A stretch of 64,000 bases of DNA from Botryllus schlosseri (Eukaryota), in assembly GCA_051294905.1 (NCBI GenBank), contig CM119371.1:41108001-41172000 (forward strand), given 5' to 3'. The position numbers were made by a program, and so were the translations under genes. This document shows positions 47,757 to 59,743 of the stretch, in pieces. The stretch's first letter is position 1, and the number at the start of each line of letters is the position of its first letter. The notes under the pieces were generated by a model. That model saw only the letters and a program-made list of their open reading frames with translations, did not search any database and was not told the DNA's origin.

Positions 47757-47943
47757 AAAACATTATAGTTGTTTAGCTCTGGTTCGGATCACCTATGTCA
47801 TAGATATGAGCATTACCTGTCTGATTTACTCCACGATCACGTGACATATAGGTATATATTTGAATTTTTCAAGTATATCTTACCATTATGAAGACACGAT
47901 GTCAAATAATTAACCTGGACTTGGCACGACACATAATTTTGAT

Positions 47944-48234
47944 TCAAAATACAGACGTTGGCGTCCAGTCTAAATTTTCCACATCGCGAAACAGGCGTAC
48001 GTCGAGGTTTGGCGGTACTGCGTGTTCTGCTCTTAGCGACAGCTGTGCCGCTAGTACTCCCATTTTTACGCTGGTTTCTATCGACTCGTGATTCAGTAGG
48101 CCATGGATGAACGCGGCCGCCAACGAGTCTCCCGATCCGCTTACATTCTTGATGGGCAACCCCATGAATTCGAGCCTTGGGATCGATGATATCGGGTAAT
48201 GCAGCCCCATGATACCCTGCGGTCGGTTACGGTC
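47944..48234 (-). CDS. PsuG-PfkB exon 14 (last)
   Basis: ...IKNVSGSGDSLAAAFIHGLL...TPTSVF* (PfkB signature 2); the 14 exons total 2085 nt = 694 aa + stop. Confidence 0.92.
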   Translation of the reverse strand, partial: DRNRPQGIMGLHYPISSIPRLEFMGLPIKNVSGSGDSLAAAFIHGLLNHESIETSVKMGVLAAQLSLRAEHAVPPNLDVRLFRDVENLDWTPTSVF

Positions 48235-48346
48235 CTGAAAAATCGCGAAGGAATAAGAGAGAGTTCTGCGACAATTTTTTCGATTCATGAGTCATTTTGG
48301 GATAGGTTTGAATTGACTTTTAGGGTTGAAATTTTGTACAAACTAC

Positions 48347-48775
48347 CAGGGTTGTGACCAAGTCACGAGTCAATCTCGCTTTTATAGTTTCGACTAGAGT
48401 CATTTTCGATTCACCACCGAGCCAAGTAGCTCAAGTTCAAGACAGTGAGCAGAGGGTCGAATCATGATATTATGACTAGAGTCCAAGTCATTGTGATGAC
48501 TGTTCAGTTTCCTGTTGAAGTCTTGTTCAACCAACATTTTATAACTCAGTTTGGTGATATCGAATGGTTTGCATATAATATACTAATTTCCGTTACTTTT
48601 AGCAGTCTCTTGTCACATTTTTAAGTATCAGTGCCAATAGATGAAATCCCAATAGTGTGGTTACTTTACTATTCTTTGAAATTACAATGAAATGTCGGTT
48701 TTGGACGTCTGAGTCCCGAGCCATATGACTTTGTTCGGGTCATGCGCATTGACTCGAGTCAAAGTCGAGTCACTT
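48347..48775. mobile_element. GACTCGAGTC-array MITE (intron 13); a further fragment at 49275-49400
   Basis: CAGGGTTGTGACCAAGTCAC start and shared internal core. Confidence 0.78.
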
Positions 48776-49455
48776 CCATATTTTTCCATTTCCATATTTA
48801 CCAGTTAGAAAAGACAAGTCATTCTGGTGTGTGATTTTGCTACCATTGCTAGCTCAAGAGTCATTCTGGTGGGCGATTTTTTGACATGTCAAAGTCAAAA
48901 ACATTTTGCAACCAGCATTTCGTTTGTATCATACATGTTTGCACTGTCGGCAAACTTACCATTTGCCAACTTGTGACCTACCTAATAGGCCTACCGTTGT
49001 AGACGGCCAATTGACTGCTCACTCTGAATCATAAACATTAGAATGAAACAAATAGGTTGACATGGTTTTATCATAGTGTCATACAATGGTGTGGACACAT
49101 GCGAATCTCACGGCTCACTGCGATTGGTGTACGCCACAGTTTCTATTTGGCTAAAGGCAATTTTACGGTAACATTCAACTGACTTAATGAGCGTGAAATT
49201 AGATAAAGTAGGTGGCAATGGAGAGCTACCGGGGTACAGATTACGATAATATGGAACCCTGGAACCCCTCAAAACAGGGCTGTATTGACTCGAGTCATGA
49301 CTCGACTCGAGCCATGATTTTCTGATGACTCGACTTGACTCGAGTCATTTTTTTCAAAATACAAAAATGACTCAACTCGAGTCAATATGTGTATTGACTG
49401 ACTTGAACATCGGTATTACAATGCTTTCAATCGCCTAGGAGCCGATTAAACTTAC

Positions 49456-49577
49456 ACGGTTGAAGGTCATGACTCCGTTTTTCGCCAAAGTCACGATGAG
49501 GCATTCGACATGCTCCAACAGTGGATTGCAGGCCATCAGCATGGAACGTAGATCGTCACCATCCAAAAGTTTGTTTT
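49456..49577 (-). CDS. PsuG-PfkB exon 13
   Basis: ENKLLDGDDLRSMLMACNPLLEHVECLIVTLAKNGVMTFNR. Confidence 0.9.
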
Positions 49578-50491
49578 CTGAAGAAGGCAAGGGTAATAAC
49601 AATATCATAACTCGCTGAACGAAAACAATACGTTTGTCAAATTGTCACATTGAATTTTGATCTTCTGTATTAACGTTTCCAAAGAATGACAATTTAAATA
49701 TGAACTATGCCACACATCTTAATACTCTCGTATAAGATACTGGTGCAGGAAATAAACTGTGCATCAACATAGTGATTTAAGTACAAAACCTCTAAAACCT
49801 GATCTTCACTTGAAATAACAAGATTATGATAAATATTCACTGTAACTCAGAGTGATTTCTGCTGCTCCCTTTCAGATACAAATTCAAAAATGAGTGGCTT
49901 CATCTTAAAAAGTGTCACCGTATTTTTGGTCGTAATATAACAGCATGTTATTGCTCATGAGTAGCATGATTTTTTGACCTTAGAACGGGAAATTTTGACA
50001 TTTTTAACTTCAAAAACATTGACTTAGTTTGGACTGCAAGAACTTGTCACATCACGCATTATGGTAGAAATAATTCAAAATTTCTTGTAGTACAACGAAA
50101 GATACTTTCCTACATTCTCGGGTAGAAAGTGTCTGTCTACAACGGTAGGCCTATAAAGTAGGCTACAAGCTGTAAAATGTCAAATAGTAAGTTCACCGAC
50201 ACTGCAAACATCTACGATACAAACAAATGCAGGTTGCAAAAAACTTTTGACTTTGTAAACAATTTTGACAAGTTTTTTGACCTAACGCTACAATTTTGAC
50301 TTATTATGATACGTAAAAAAACACCCTACTGAGCATATACATATCGGAGGCAAAATTGGAACCCCAACCTCCCCGGTGTACGCCACTGCAGCGCACACGA
50401 CGTATCGAAAATATGCATGAGTATAGGCATGGGGTTCCTGGGAACACCGATCAAGAACCACTATTCTAGTTCAAAAGCAGTTATCAATTAC

Positions 50492-50655
50492 CATCAAAAT
50501 TAAAACGTGGACTTTTTCCCGTTACAGTGGCCACGATCACTTGGAACTCCTCCAGATTCGGGCTCAGATAGTCGATGGCTTTCCACGCGTTCCCGTAAAA
50601 CGGCCGGTCCGCTTTTAATGACCCAGTCGGTTCGTAAAAGAGCTTCGTTTCGCAG
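50492..50655 (-). CDS. PsuG-PfkB exon 12
   Basis: CETKLFYEPTGSLKADRPFYGNAWKAIDYLSPNLEEFQVI... Confidence 0.9.
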
Positions 50656-51511
50656 CTGAATTTGACGAGCAACCGATATTCAATCACAAATTACACTGAT
50701 CGTGTGTTTGTATATCATGAGTCTGTGTTTATGCCACAAAAACATCAAGGACAAACATATACAAATACAACGTACCAACAGTTGGATGGGTTGTGTTTTC
50801 TGTCCGTTGTTAGTTAGTAGGGTAGAGTGAAATTGACTCTTTTTTTAAATCAAAAAAGGGGTTCTCAAATCCCGACATGTGACATGAAACTTCAATAAAA
50901 ATTGAATTTTCCAGTCAGCAACACCCCAATTTCAGTGCGCCAGGGGCTAAAATTGCGTATCTTGGCAACCGCTGGTCGTAAAGTCACAAAACTAGTTATA
51001 GCCGAAAAAACAAACAGTAAAATACAGGTAAATGGCAGGAGTAACTACATACTCAGATGTGTTGGGGCTGCGGGAAGCTCATCCTTGTGACGTGAGGAAT
51101 CAGTAGTTTTAACCGAGGTGAATACAAGGTTGCAATTAGGATTTTTGAAAGTGTCCTCCGAGGACTCCAAAATCTCTGTTTTGAGGATTTGTCCTCTTTT
51201 TTGAAAATTTTGGTGGTTAAATGTATGTTGAAATTAAACTGAGATATTGGAAATCAGGACTCAAGTAACGGTCTGGCAGGCCTTTCCGAAGTCGAGGCAG
51301 AAAGTTGACCTTTTTTTAATCAACCATCGGAAAATTCAATAAAAGCGTGTATATCTAGAATCGAGTCCGAAAATTGACCTTTTTTAGTCAAACAAATACA
51401 AATTCGCAATAAATTTACCAATTTTTACGGATTTTACCACGGTATTTTGAGTTTCGGAATTTTCAAGAAGTGTCCTCTTTGCAGATTCCCAAAATATGGT
51501 AAACCTAACAT

Positions 51512-52070
51512 TAGGACTGTTTTAAAATAACTTTTCATTTCTTCGAATTTGACTGGCTACTCGACAAAATTGTTAGGTAGAGGCGAAGTTATTGCAGTTC
51601 AAAATTTAAGATTTCATAGATCTAATAATAAATATTTAATGAACTTGCCACCATAAATACTATCTTTTACAAATCCCTAAATTTTTTACTCATTAACTTC
51701 GCTTCTACTGGTTGGAATCGAACCAAATTTGTTGTGGATCCTTTTTTCATGTGACCTAACAATTCCACGAGGTAGCCAGTAACATTTGAAAAAAATTTGA
51801 TACATTATATGTTAAATGAATCCATAATTTTCTACTTCAATAATTTTGCTTCTAAGGGTTAGAATTGAGCCTACTTTTTAGAGAACCTAACAATTTCATG
51901 GAGCGCCCAGTGAAACTTGAAAAAATTATATAGGATATTGATTTTTATTACATAAATCCAAAATTTTCCACTACAAGAACCTTGCTTCCACTGGTTGGAA
52001 TCGAGCGAAAAAAAAAACGGAACAATTTTATCAAGTAGCCGGTATTTTTTTATATTTTTGAACAGCACTA
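51512..52070. mobile_element. Degenerate TAGGGCTGTT-family MITE
   Basis: TAGGACTGTTTTAAAATAAC...TTTTTGAACAGCACTA. Confidence 0.7.
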
Positions 52071-52254
52071 ATGTATATGCAAGCCATTGTATTTTGCAAT
52101 ATGATTGCAGTACATATTGGGTCGCTATTCATTCTGAATTGAGTCAGGAATATAGAGTTGATGATGCATGCGAAACATAAATGTAGATAACTCTGTATAT
52201 TGTCAGTCTATAATTATAAAATAAAATAAAGCATGGTACACAAAGCTCACCCAC

Positions 52255-52371
52255 CTTTTGCATAAATCACAGATATAACAGATTGTTTCTTTGGGCAAAT
52301 TCGCGTCGATGCATACTAGAGGCGCTCGACCGATTAAATCTTCATGTTCCCGTATCATTTCAGTAGAGAAT
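52255..52371 (-). CDS. PsuG-PfkB exon 11
   Basis: FSTEMIREHEDLIGRAPLVCIDANLPKETICYICDLCK. Confidence 0.88.
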
Positions 52372-53311
52372 CTAAGTAAAGTATGGCGAAAGCCAGATTA
52401 GTAAGTATAGTAATTGTCCTGTGGGTGATTTAATGGGACTAGCCAGTCAAAAACCTAACTCCCAGATGGCTACCCCAATCACCATGAAATTTTCACAGCC
52501 GCTAGATGTCGCTTTGCTGTATACGAAAAAACATAAAGTTTAGTACTACCCTGCAGAATGTGGATTTGAAGGAGAAAAAATGCTCCGACACGGGGAATGC
52601 AAAATCTCAATATTGTGAAGCCCTTTCTTCCAATCTAACGCCTTATTTTGGAAGTACTAGGACAGTGCTCTGTTATGCTAAAATTTGAAGGAATACGTGC
52701 AACCCCTCTATCAGAAATTCCATTTTGAAATTTTGAAATTTCAGGTCTTTTTTTCAAAAAGTTTGCTGTGAAGCTCTGTAATTCAGAGCAAGGTAGAACT
52801 AGGCCAAACGTCTCTTAGCATAACACAGGTCTCTATGTTAGCTTTTCAAAAAAAAACCTCAGCGAATACTATACGACATATATGTCATACAAATTTTTGA
52901 TTTACCGTGAAGCTGTTCCACAAAATTTTACCAAATTTTATAATGGAGAAAAACATTAATAAACAGTAAAACCAGTAATAAAAGATTCTAAACCGGTGCC
53001 GATGAAAATCGAAATTATGAAGTTATTAGTTATGTTTTGGGTAAGATAAGGCCATGAGGTAAGAGTATAGGTAATATGTCGATATTTCAAGCCAAGAAAA
53101 AAAAATTGAAAATTTTTATATTTTTTCGAAATTTTGAATTGCTATTCCCCTTAATTGTGTATCCTGTTCCACAAAATGACATGTATTTAACACAGGTCTG
53201 TGACAACTCAACGAATCATTATTCGACACGTGAATATTTGGTGACTCGCCTAGAGACAATATCTTAAAATACGGATAATGACTTGACCCGATTTGAGTCA
53301 ATTTTTTGTAA

Positions 53312-53748
53312 CAGGGTTGTAAAGACTCGAGTCGCTATTTTTCGGTGACTTGACTTGACTCGAGTCATTTTTTCAAATACGTAAAATGACTCGACTCGAT
53401 TTGTGTATTGATTCATATGACTCGAGACTAGGACAGCCAAGACCGGCCAAGACATTTCATAGCAACTTCGAAGAATAGCAAAGTCACCCCATGATTGGTA
53501 TTTCGTCTATCAGTCCTGATACTTGGAAAATAGGGCCAGAAAGTGTTGGTTCAACTGAATACTGAATGGTAAACACAATGACTTGGACTCAGAAAACACT
53601 ATATGACTTGGACTCGACCCTCTACTAGCTGGATTGGACTCGGACTTGACTCGGTGGTGAATTGAAATGACTCGACTTGACTCGAGTCAAAACTATGATT
53701 GTGAGATTGACTTGTGACACGGAACCTTGCGACTTGGTTGCTACCCTG
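53312..53748. mobile_element. GACTCGAGTC-array MITE (intron 10), followed by a partial duplicate to ~53885
   Basis: CAGGGTTGTAAAGACTCGAGTC...GGTTGCTACCCTG. Confidence 0.85.
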
Positions 53749-53954
53749 GTTGAACGTGACTCAAACTCGAGACGGAAGAGTGAACACAATGACTGGAACT
53801 CGGACTCAATCCTCCGACTTGGACTTGACTCGGGAAAGTGAGATTGACTCGTGACTCGAAACCGTGTGAATTTGTTACAGCACTGAACTAAAGAATAACT
53901 ACCAAGATGCTTTGATGCTACGGGTCATGCAAATAAAAAAAAATGTGGCTGAAC

Positions 53955-54067
53955 CTGTTGTTTATCGATAAATTTTCGCTGCCCAACTTCAAGGAGCCAG
54001 TCTTGTCCATGACTGCTACATACATTCCCGATGCATGGCCCGCGATTTTCTTTGCAAACGATGTATC
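53955..54067 (-). CDS. PsuG-PfkB exon 10
   Basis: DTSFAKKIAGHASGMYVAVMDKTGSLKLGSENLSINNR; phase-compatible, weak donor GTTCAG. Confidence 0.85.
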
Positions 54068-54334
54068 CTGGTTAAACACAAATTGGTCCGTTGTTGAAAT
54101 TAAAAATCGTGTACTCAAAATCATAAAATTCCTGAGATAATTCTCATCAAATTTGTGAAATGTATGTATGTTCTGACTTTAATTCCAATTGAATTTCAGT
54201 TTCTCCTGTAAATGCTACAGAGGAACCGTATAGGGTGAACCAAGCCGGGCTAACTGTACCGACATTTGCTGTTTTCGTGCTTATGGGAATGAACTATGGA
54301 CTGAACACGGTTCAGTGTCCAAGTTTTTGCGGCT

Positions 54335-54805
54335 GCAGTAATTCTAATTCAAATTTAATATGAAAAAAACGTTTATAGCTACAATTCTAAATTTATTTGA
54401 GTTTGGAAAAAAGAGTGATATAGCTATATTTCTAAACTTAATCTAATTTGGAAAAAAATGTGCTGCCATAATTTTGATTTAATTTGGAACGGAAATTGTG
54501 TAGCTATAATTCCAATTTAATCTGGAAAAGACCGTGTTGCCTTGATTTCAAGTCAAATATGATTTGAAAAAAAAACTGTGCTGCTATATTTCTAATTTTA
54601 ATCTAATTTGCGAAACAACTGCGTTGCTATAAATATAATTATTACTCAATTAAAAAAAACTGTGTTGCTATATTCTAATCGTCATTTAATTTGGAAAAAA
54701 CTGTGTAGCTATAGTTCTAATTTTAATATTATTTTGTAAAGAAACTGTGTTGCTATAATTCTAATCCTAATTTAATTTGGAAGAAACTGTGTAGCTATAA
54801 TTCTG
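54335..54805. repeat. Minisatellite, ~40-48-bp unit, about 10 copies
   Basis: Approximate unit AAAAAACTGTGTAGCTATAATTCTAATTTTAATCTAATTTGG. Confidence 0.85.
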
Positions 54806-55098
54806 AGAATTTGTCATCCTTTTTAGAGAAATGTCCTCCCTTTGCCAAAATCCCTCCTTTTGGACAAAGCTGTCCTCATTTTTAGCCAAAAATGCCCAAA
54901 TAGACCACGAAAGACGTTAAATTTTGGCCTAAAAGATAGACGACGGGTTATGAGGGAGTCAAATCTGAAAAATGACGTTATATTTCGTCACCACAACAAG
55001 ATTACCTGTAGTTATTGCAAAATTACCTCTGAGAATTACTACTCGCTTTTGGGCTATTCATGTCAAAATCAATACGCTTTATCACCGTTAGGTCTTAC

Positions 55099-55196
55099 CA
55101 AATATTGGCTCATTTCGTTCTCCGCCATATCTCCCAGTTTGTCACTTCCGAGCAGTGTAACAAAGGCCGGGTCGTTCCCGAGCCTTGATAAGCTTT
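55099..55196 (-). CDS. PsuG-PfkB exon 9
   Basis: ESLSRLGNDPAFVTLLGSDKLGDMAENEMSQYL. Confidence 0.9.
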
Positions 55197-55385
55197 CTGA
55201 AATGATAAATTTCAGTTATGAAAATACCAAATCCACAGGTGTAATTACTTAGGTACTTTTCAGACAATCATTTTATACTCACACTAGAATTACTTTTGAT
55301 GTCTCGGATATCATTATTTGTATTTGTGCTGAGTAGATATTTATGAAGCTATCTTAATTTTCAGTTGAATACTATCGATGACCAC

Positions 55386-56119
55386 CAGGGTTGAAACAAA
55401 GTCATAAGGTACCGAGCCACAAGTCAATCTCACTTTTATAGTTTTGACTCGAGTCGAGACAAGTCATTTTTAATTCACCACCGAGTCAAGTCCGAGTCCA
55501 AATCAGTGAGTAGAGGGTCGAGTTCGAGTCATTGCGTTTTGACTCGAGTCCATTTTGTTCACTGTTCAGGTTTTGGGTTCTACTCATTTTTTTTCAACTC
55601 TGTTCGAGTGCTAGAGAATGGCTCACATTCATATTATCGCAATTTTCCTCAGTCCTAACCGTTTTTGGCCGTATTTTTCAAGTATCAGGACCAGAGGTGG
55701 TCAGTAACGAAGTACTTCTACTTTTTGAAGTACTTGAAGTAAATTTTTCCTACTCACACAACTTTTCAAGTAGTTATGATTTCAGGCTACTTCTACGTCT
55801 ACTTGACAGTTTTCAGTTTTGTAGGCAAAAATAAGCGTAGAATACCTACTTACTTACTTACTTGTGAACCACCACTCCTACTTCTACTTGAGTAGAAATT
55901 CCGCCGTTACTTCTACTTCTACTTGAGTAGCGACGGTGACTACTTTGACCACCTCTGATTCAGGACTGATAGGCGAAATACCAATCATGTGGTGACTTCC
56001 CTATTCTTCGAAGTTACAATGAAATGTCTGTCTTGGCCAGCTTAGTCTCGAGTCATATGACTTGGTCCGAGTCATGCACAATCACTCGAGTCAAAATGAA
56101 GTCATTACATACAACCCTG
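55386..56119. mobile_element. GACTCGAGTC-array MITE (intron 8) with a nested CAGAGGTGGTCA element at 55692-55957
   Basis: CAGGGTTG...CAACCCTG; TSD ATGACCAC / GTGATCAC; inner TIR CAGAGGTGGTCA / TGACCACCTCTG with CTACTT repeats. Confidence 0.85.
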
Positions 56120-56139
56120 GTGATCACAAAATATCAAAC

Positions 56140-56263
56140 CTGCGATATTCCTCCCAACTCCACCGAGCGTGCAGCTGATATCGGCCGGATTCGAAGGTCC
56201 GTCGTACAAGATATCAGAAGATGCCTTTGAAACGATGTCAATATTAGTAGCACCGATAACCAC
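56140..56263 (-). CDS. PsuG-PfkB exon 8 (start of kinase domain)
   Basis: VVIGATNIDIVSK...TLGGVGRNIA (PfkB signature 1 region). Confidence 0.92.
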
Positions 56264-56685
56264 CTGCAAAACGAAGATAAAATCAAAAACAATAAATGCA
56301 TCATTGAGTTGTAAGTAAAACTTGGCATAATGCTTCTAGCAGGGTTGTAACCAAGTCACAAGGCTCCGAGTCGCAAGTCAATCTCACTTTTATAGTTTTG
56401 ACTCGAGTCAAGTCGAGTCATTTTCAATTCACCACCGAGTCAAGTCCGAGTCCAAGTCACCGAGCAGAGGGTCGAGTCCGAGTCATGGTATTATGACTCG
56501 AGTCGAGTTCAAGTCATTGTGTTGACTGCTCAGTTTCCAGTTAAAGGCTTGTTAAACCCACTTTTTATAACTCTGTTTGGTGATATCGAGTGGTTTTCAT
56601 TTATAATATGCTAATTTTCGTCATTTTTAGCAGTTTCTGGTCGCATTTTCAAGTATCAGTACCAATAGACGAAATCCAAATAGTG

Positions 56686-57640
56686 CAGTGGTTCCCAACC
56701 TTTTTTCACCCACGTACCATTTCGAGGTTTCATGCAGTGCTCGCGTGAGTTACGCGCGCCGAAGGCGGCCAAAAATTTTGCTGTAATTTATGACGTCATA
56801 ATCACGTATTTGACCTATGCGAAGCGTAATAGCAAATGCTATTAAACTAGGCATTATCTGCCAGGGTTGATAAGACGCATGGAATTTTTTTTCACCACCA
56901 GTCACAAGAAGAACAACATAATAATGAAATAACACCAAACTACAAACGTCAATTTATTTAATGCGATGGCTGCATTTGTTTATTTTCCACTAGCTCAGCG
57001 ATTCTTGAAAATTTTCAGACACGCCCCCTTTTATGATAGAGAAAACATCGCCCCCCCACCCCCCCCCCCCCTTATTGTCACATAACAAAATGCAACCAGA
57101 ATGCTAGCAATCTCAGCGAATAATGATGGGTTATGATAGTTGATAAGATGTTCTCAAACATGCAATTAGGACTATATAAAAAGGCAAGAAGGCAAAAACA
57201 ATTAGATGGAGGTAAATTTTTCCAGTTGGCCGCAGCTTCGCGCCACCTTCAGATGCTTTCACGCCCCCCAAGGGGAGGGAGGGTCAGTTTTAGAAACACT
57301 GCACTAGCTGATCGATGCGTGGCATATGTTTGCTCACAGCGCATCGAAAGTCATGCCTGGGCGCAACAAGTCGGTTTCGTTTCTTTGACTTGGTAGTCAT
57401 CAGAGATGAAAATCCTCGCTGGCACTCCCACGTAGAAGGGAAAATTAGCAGCTGGGGAATAGCGTGAGAAGCTACAGTCGGGTACGAGGAAGTCATGCTA
57501 AGCCTGATGTTTATTGGAGAACAATCTTTGTGTTCATCCCCACCTGAACTAATAACTCCCTTCGATCGAAAAAATACCAGAATCTACTTGCGTACCACCT
57601 GGAAGACCTTCCTTCGCGTACCACAGGTTGGGAACCATTG
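56686..57640 (-). mobile_element. hAT (Buster/Charlie-like) deletion derivative with a transposase C-terminus
   Basis: TIR CAGTGGTTCCCAACC / GGTTGGGAACCATTG; TSD AAATAGTG / CAATAGTG; minus strand LLIFPSTWECQRGFSSLMTTKSKKRNRL...PRIDQLV|ENKQMQPSH*. Confidence 0.9.
56996..57301. mobile_element. MITE inserted in the transposase relic, level 3 of stack 3
   Basis: Perfect TSD CACTAGCT (56988-56995 / 57302-57309); CAG...CTG ends. Confidence 0.85.
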
Positions 57641-58103
57641 CAATAGTGTGATTACTTCACTATTCCTCGAAATTACAATGAACGTCAGTCTTGGCCTTCT
57701 GAGTCTCGAGTCATATGACTTGGTTCGAGTCTTCCGCAATGACTCGAGTCCAAGTCGAGTCAATACACAGATTAACTCGAGTCGAGTCATTTCCGTATTT
57801 TGGGAAAATGACTCGAGAGAAATATAGCTTTGGTATGTTTCTTCCCACGTAGAAGGCTGCAGACCTTGATTGGTGCAACGAATAGGTATGGTTGAAAAAA
57901 CACTAAATTATCTTCATGTAACGTAGACCTGGCCTTATATTATTTGTGTTCGCATAGAATGTTAATATTTGAGCATATGACATCATCCACACGTGAATGC
58001 TGTCATAATAAGTGGTACTCAAATACTCGAAGCCTAATAGTTGATTCGTAATTAAATCACTCAGGTACTCGATTTTGCACAGCCCTAGTGGTAAGATACC
58101 GAC

Positions 58104-58207
58104 TGGTCTGGGAGATCCTGCGCTTTGTCCGGAATTGGTGGATATCTTGGACAGCTCGACGGCGATATCAGCTCCGACGGCTGCATTGTTTTTGATCAAC
58201 GCAACGT
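58104..58207 (-). CDS. PsuG-PfkB exon 7
   Basis: NVALIKNNAAVGADIAVELSKISTNSGQSAGSPRP; phase requires donor CCA|GTCGGT. Confidence 0.88.
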
Positions 58208-58729
58208 CTTGTACAAATTCGTAAAGGCGTATAACTTCTTTCTTATTCAATAATCACTTTAATACCGTAATTACCAGTGTATAAAACGTTTTTTTGGGTA
58301 AAATGATTCGCATACCCAGATGTGGTCAGTAATGAACTACTTGCATCCTTTATGGAGTAGTATAATGACCTGATTTCTGGTTACTAGCACTACTTCTTAA
58401 AGCGTTACGCATTTATGGTAAATACTTCAGGCTTCTACCGTTAGTTTTTTGGGCAAAACTAGTTACTTTTTACGTTTCGTATTTTAAAAATACAACCGAA
58501 TAGGTAGATTCATATTGAAATGAACCCGAATATATCCTGCTGACACTGGTCAGGGTTAATCGTCAGCAACTAGAAGAGAATCGGAAAAACATTGTATATC
58601 AACAATCGTATCACAAAATGTGACGTCATTGGCATGAAATTTCGTATAATCATAGTATAGATATTTTGTACACAGATCTATTACCGAGATGTAATTCGTT
58701 TTTATGTTACTGTTTCTTTAAAAGGATAC
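58208..58729 (-). other. U12-type (minor spliceosome) GT-AG intron
   Basis: 5' site GTATCCTTTT; branch-like GCCTTTAC followed by 13 nt ending in AAG; no polypyrimidine tract; joining restores SLKS-N-VALIKNN. Confidence 0.85.
58495..58650 (-). mobile_element. Penelope pLTR relic with a mutated hammerhead
   Basis: Colinear with 3228-3380; core reads CTGACCA...CAGGATATATTC instead of CTGACGA...CCGAAAATATTC. Confidence 0.85.
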
Positions 58730-58815
58730 TGGACTTTAAAGATTGTCCGACGGTCAGCTCATTGACACGTTTCAAAATGTAGGGGGTGACGTCCGCTCCA
58801 GTTATCGAAAGAGAC
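58730..58815 (-). CDS. PsuG-PfkB exon 6
   Basis: SLSITGADVTPYILKRVNELTVGQSLKS; donor A|GTATCCTTTT. Confidence 0.92.
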
Positions 58816-59359
58816 CTGCGAAATATATTGATTTGTATCATTTAGGCAATACATATCAAGGGCCGGGCAAAAATTGAGTATCTGAGTCATTTGATTCTGA
58901 ATCAAGCATCAGGCTTGAAGTCACATGAAGTCATAACAGTAAAAATGATGTAGACAGTTCAAATAGGTACCTTTTATGCGACCACAAAGGATATAATGTC
59001 AGTTGTACATCACATTAAAGATTATTCGGTATTTTACGACCATACCTATTTCATGGGACTACGTGACACTGCTGTGGCTTGATCACAGCTTCGCAGACAT
59101 GTCATTCCCGCTAACGTGTGTAGCTTTATGAGACAGCTTCGTTTGATTTTACATGACCAGTCAAGGTTTACATTCTTCCACAGTGAAAAATAGTATCAAA
59201 AATATAATTTTTTCGATAAATTCCCTCTTAGTGGCAATGAGCGTATATCATCTATCACTGCACGACTCAAAATATTAGTCAATTCAGGTTCGAGTGCTCA
59301 AATCGTAGTGCCCAACCCTAGCTAATAATATTATATAATAAAAATATAGTTCCACTCAC

Positions 59360-59607
59360 TCAGCTTCTGCGAGTGATTTCTGTATAGCCTTGTCAATCTC
59401 ATATCCAGACGCGGCGTGCATTTCAGGAATCGGAACTGCTATCAAACATCCGCCGTCTATGTTGAGTCTCTGCGAAGCTCTGATAAGCTTTGCAGCCTCA
59501 AGCGCAGTGACGACGCTGGTCTGTGATTTGTGCCCGCTTTTCGGTGTGAAGAACGCCGGGAAGTCATCGGTATCTCCGAACGAAGCGACGGTGACACCTT
59601 GCGTCTC
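59360..59607 (-). CDS. PsuG-PfkB exon 5
   Basis: ETQGVTVASFGDTDDFPAFFTPKSG...CLIAVPIPEMHAASGYEIDKAIQKSLAEAE. Confidence 0.93.
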
Positions 59608-59743
59608 CTGATTGATAGACGGTTAAGTGAAATATATTCAGAGTATGTATTACAACTCGAGCACACAAAGTTATTTTGAATTAACTACTAGTTACTGATG
59701 TCATATAATAATAATATAATAATTTATAGAGCGCCGAATATAC

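Larger units (their letters stand above)
56340..57820. mobile_element. GACTCGAGTC-array MITE (intron 7), outer level of nested stack 3
   Basis: CAGGGTTGTAACCAAGTCAC start; the core sequence resumes after 57648. Confidence 0.85.

Noticed and set aside
51053..51083. 31-nt poison exon or C/D snoRNA in intron 11 (AG|GATGAG...CTGA|GTATGT on the minus strand)
   Set aside because: Exons 11 and 12 join in phase without it; too short for a snoRNA; chance splice-like motifs are common, so RNA evidence is needed.
54335..54805. CRISPR-like array
   Set aside because: Degenerate head-to-tail repeats without unique spacers, inside a eukaryotic intron.
54842..55252. 136-aa plus-strand ORF and other short ORF-track entries
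   Set aside because: They overlap repeats or are antisense to real exons, with no recognisable motifs.
58090..58103. Second U12 donor GTATCTTAC after exon 7
   Set aside because: It deviates from GTATCCTT and gives the wrong phase for exon 8, whose acceptor has a normal U2 pyrimidine tract.
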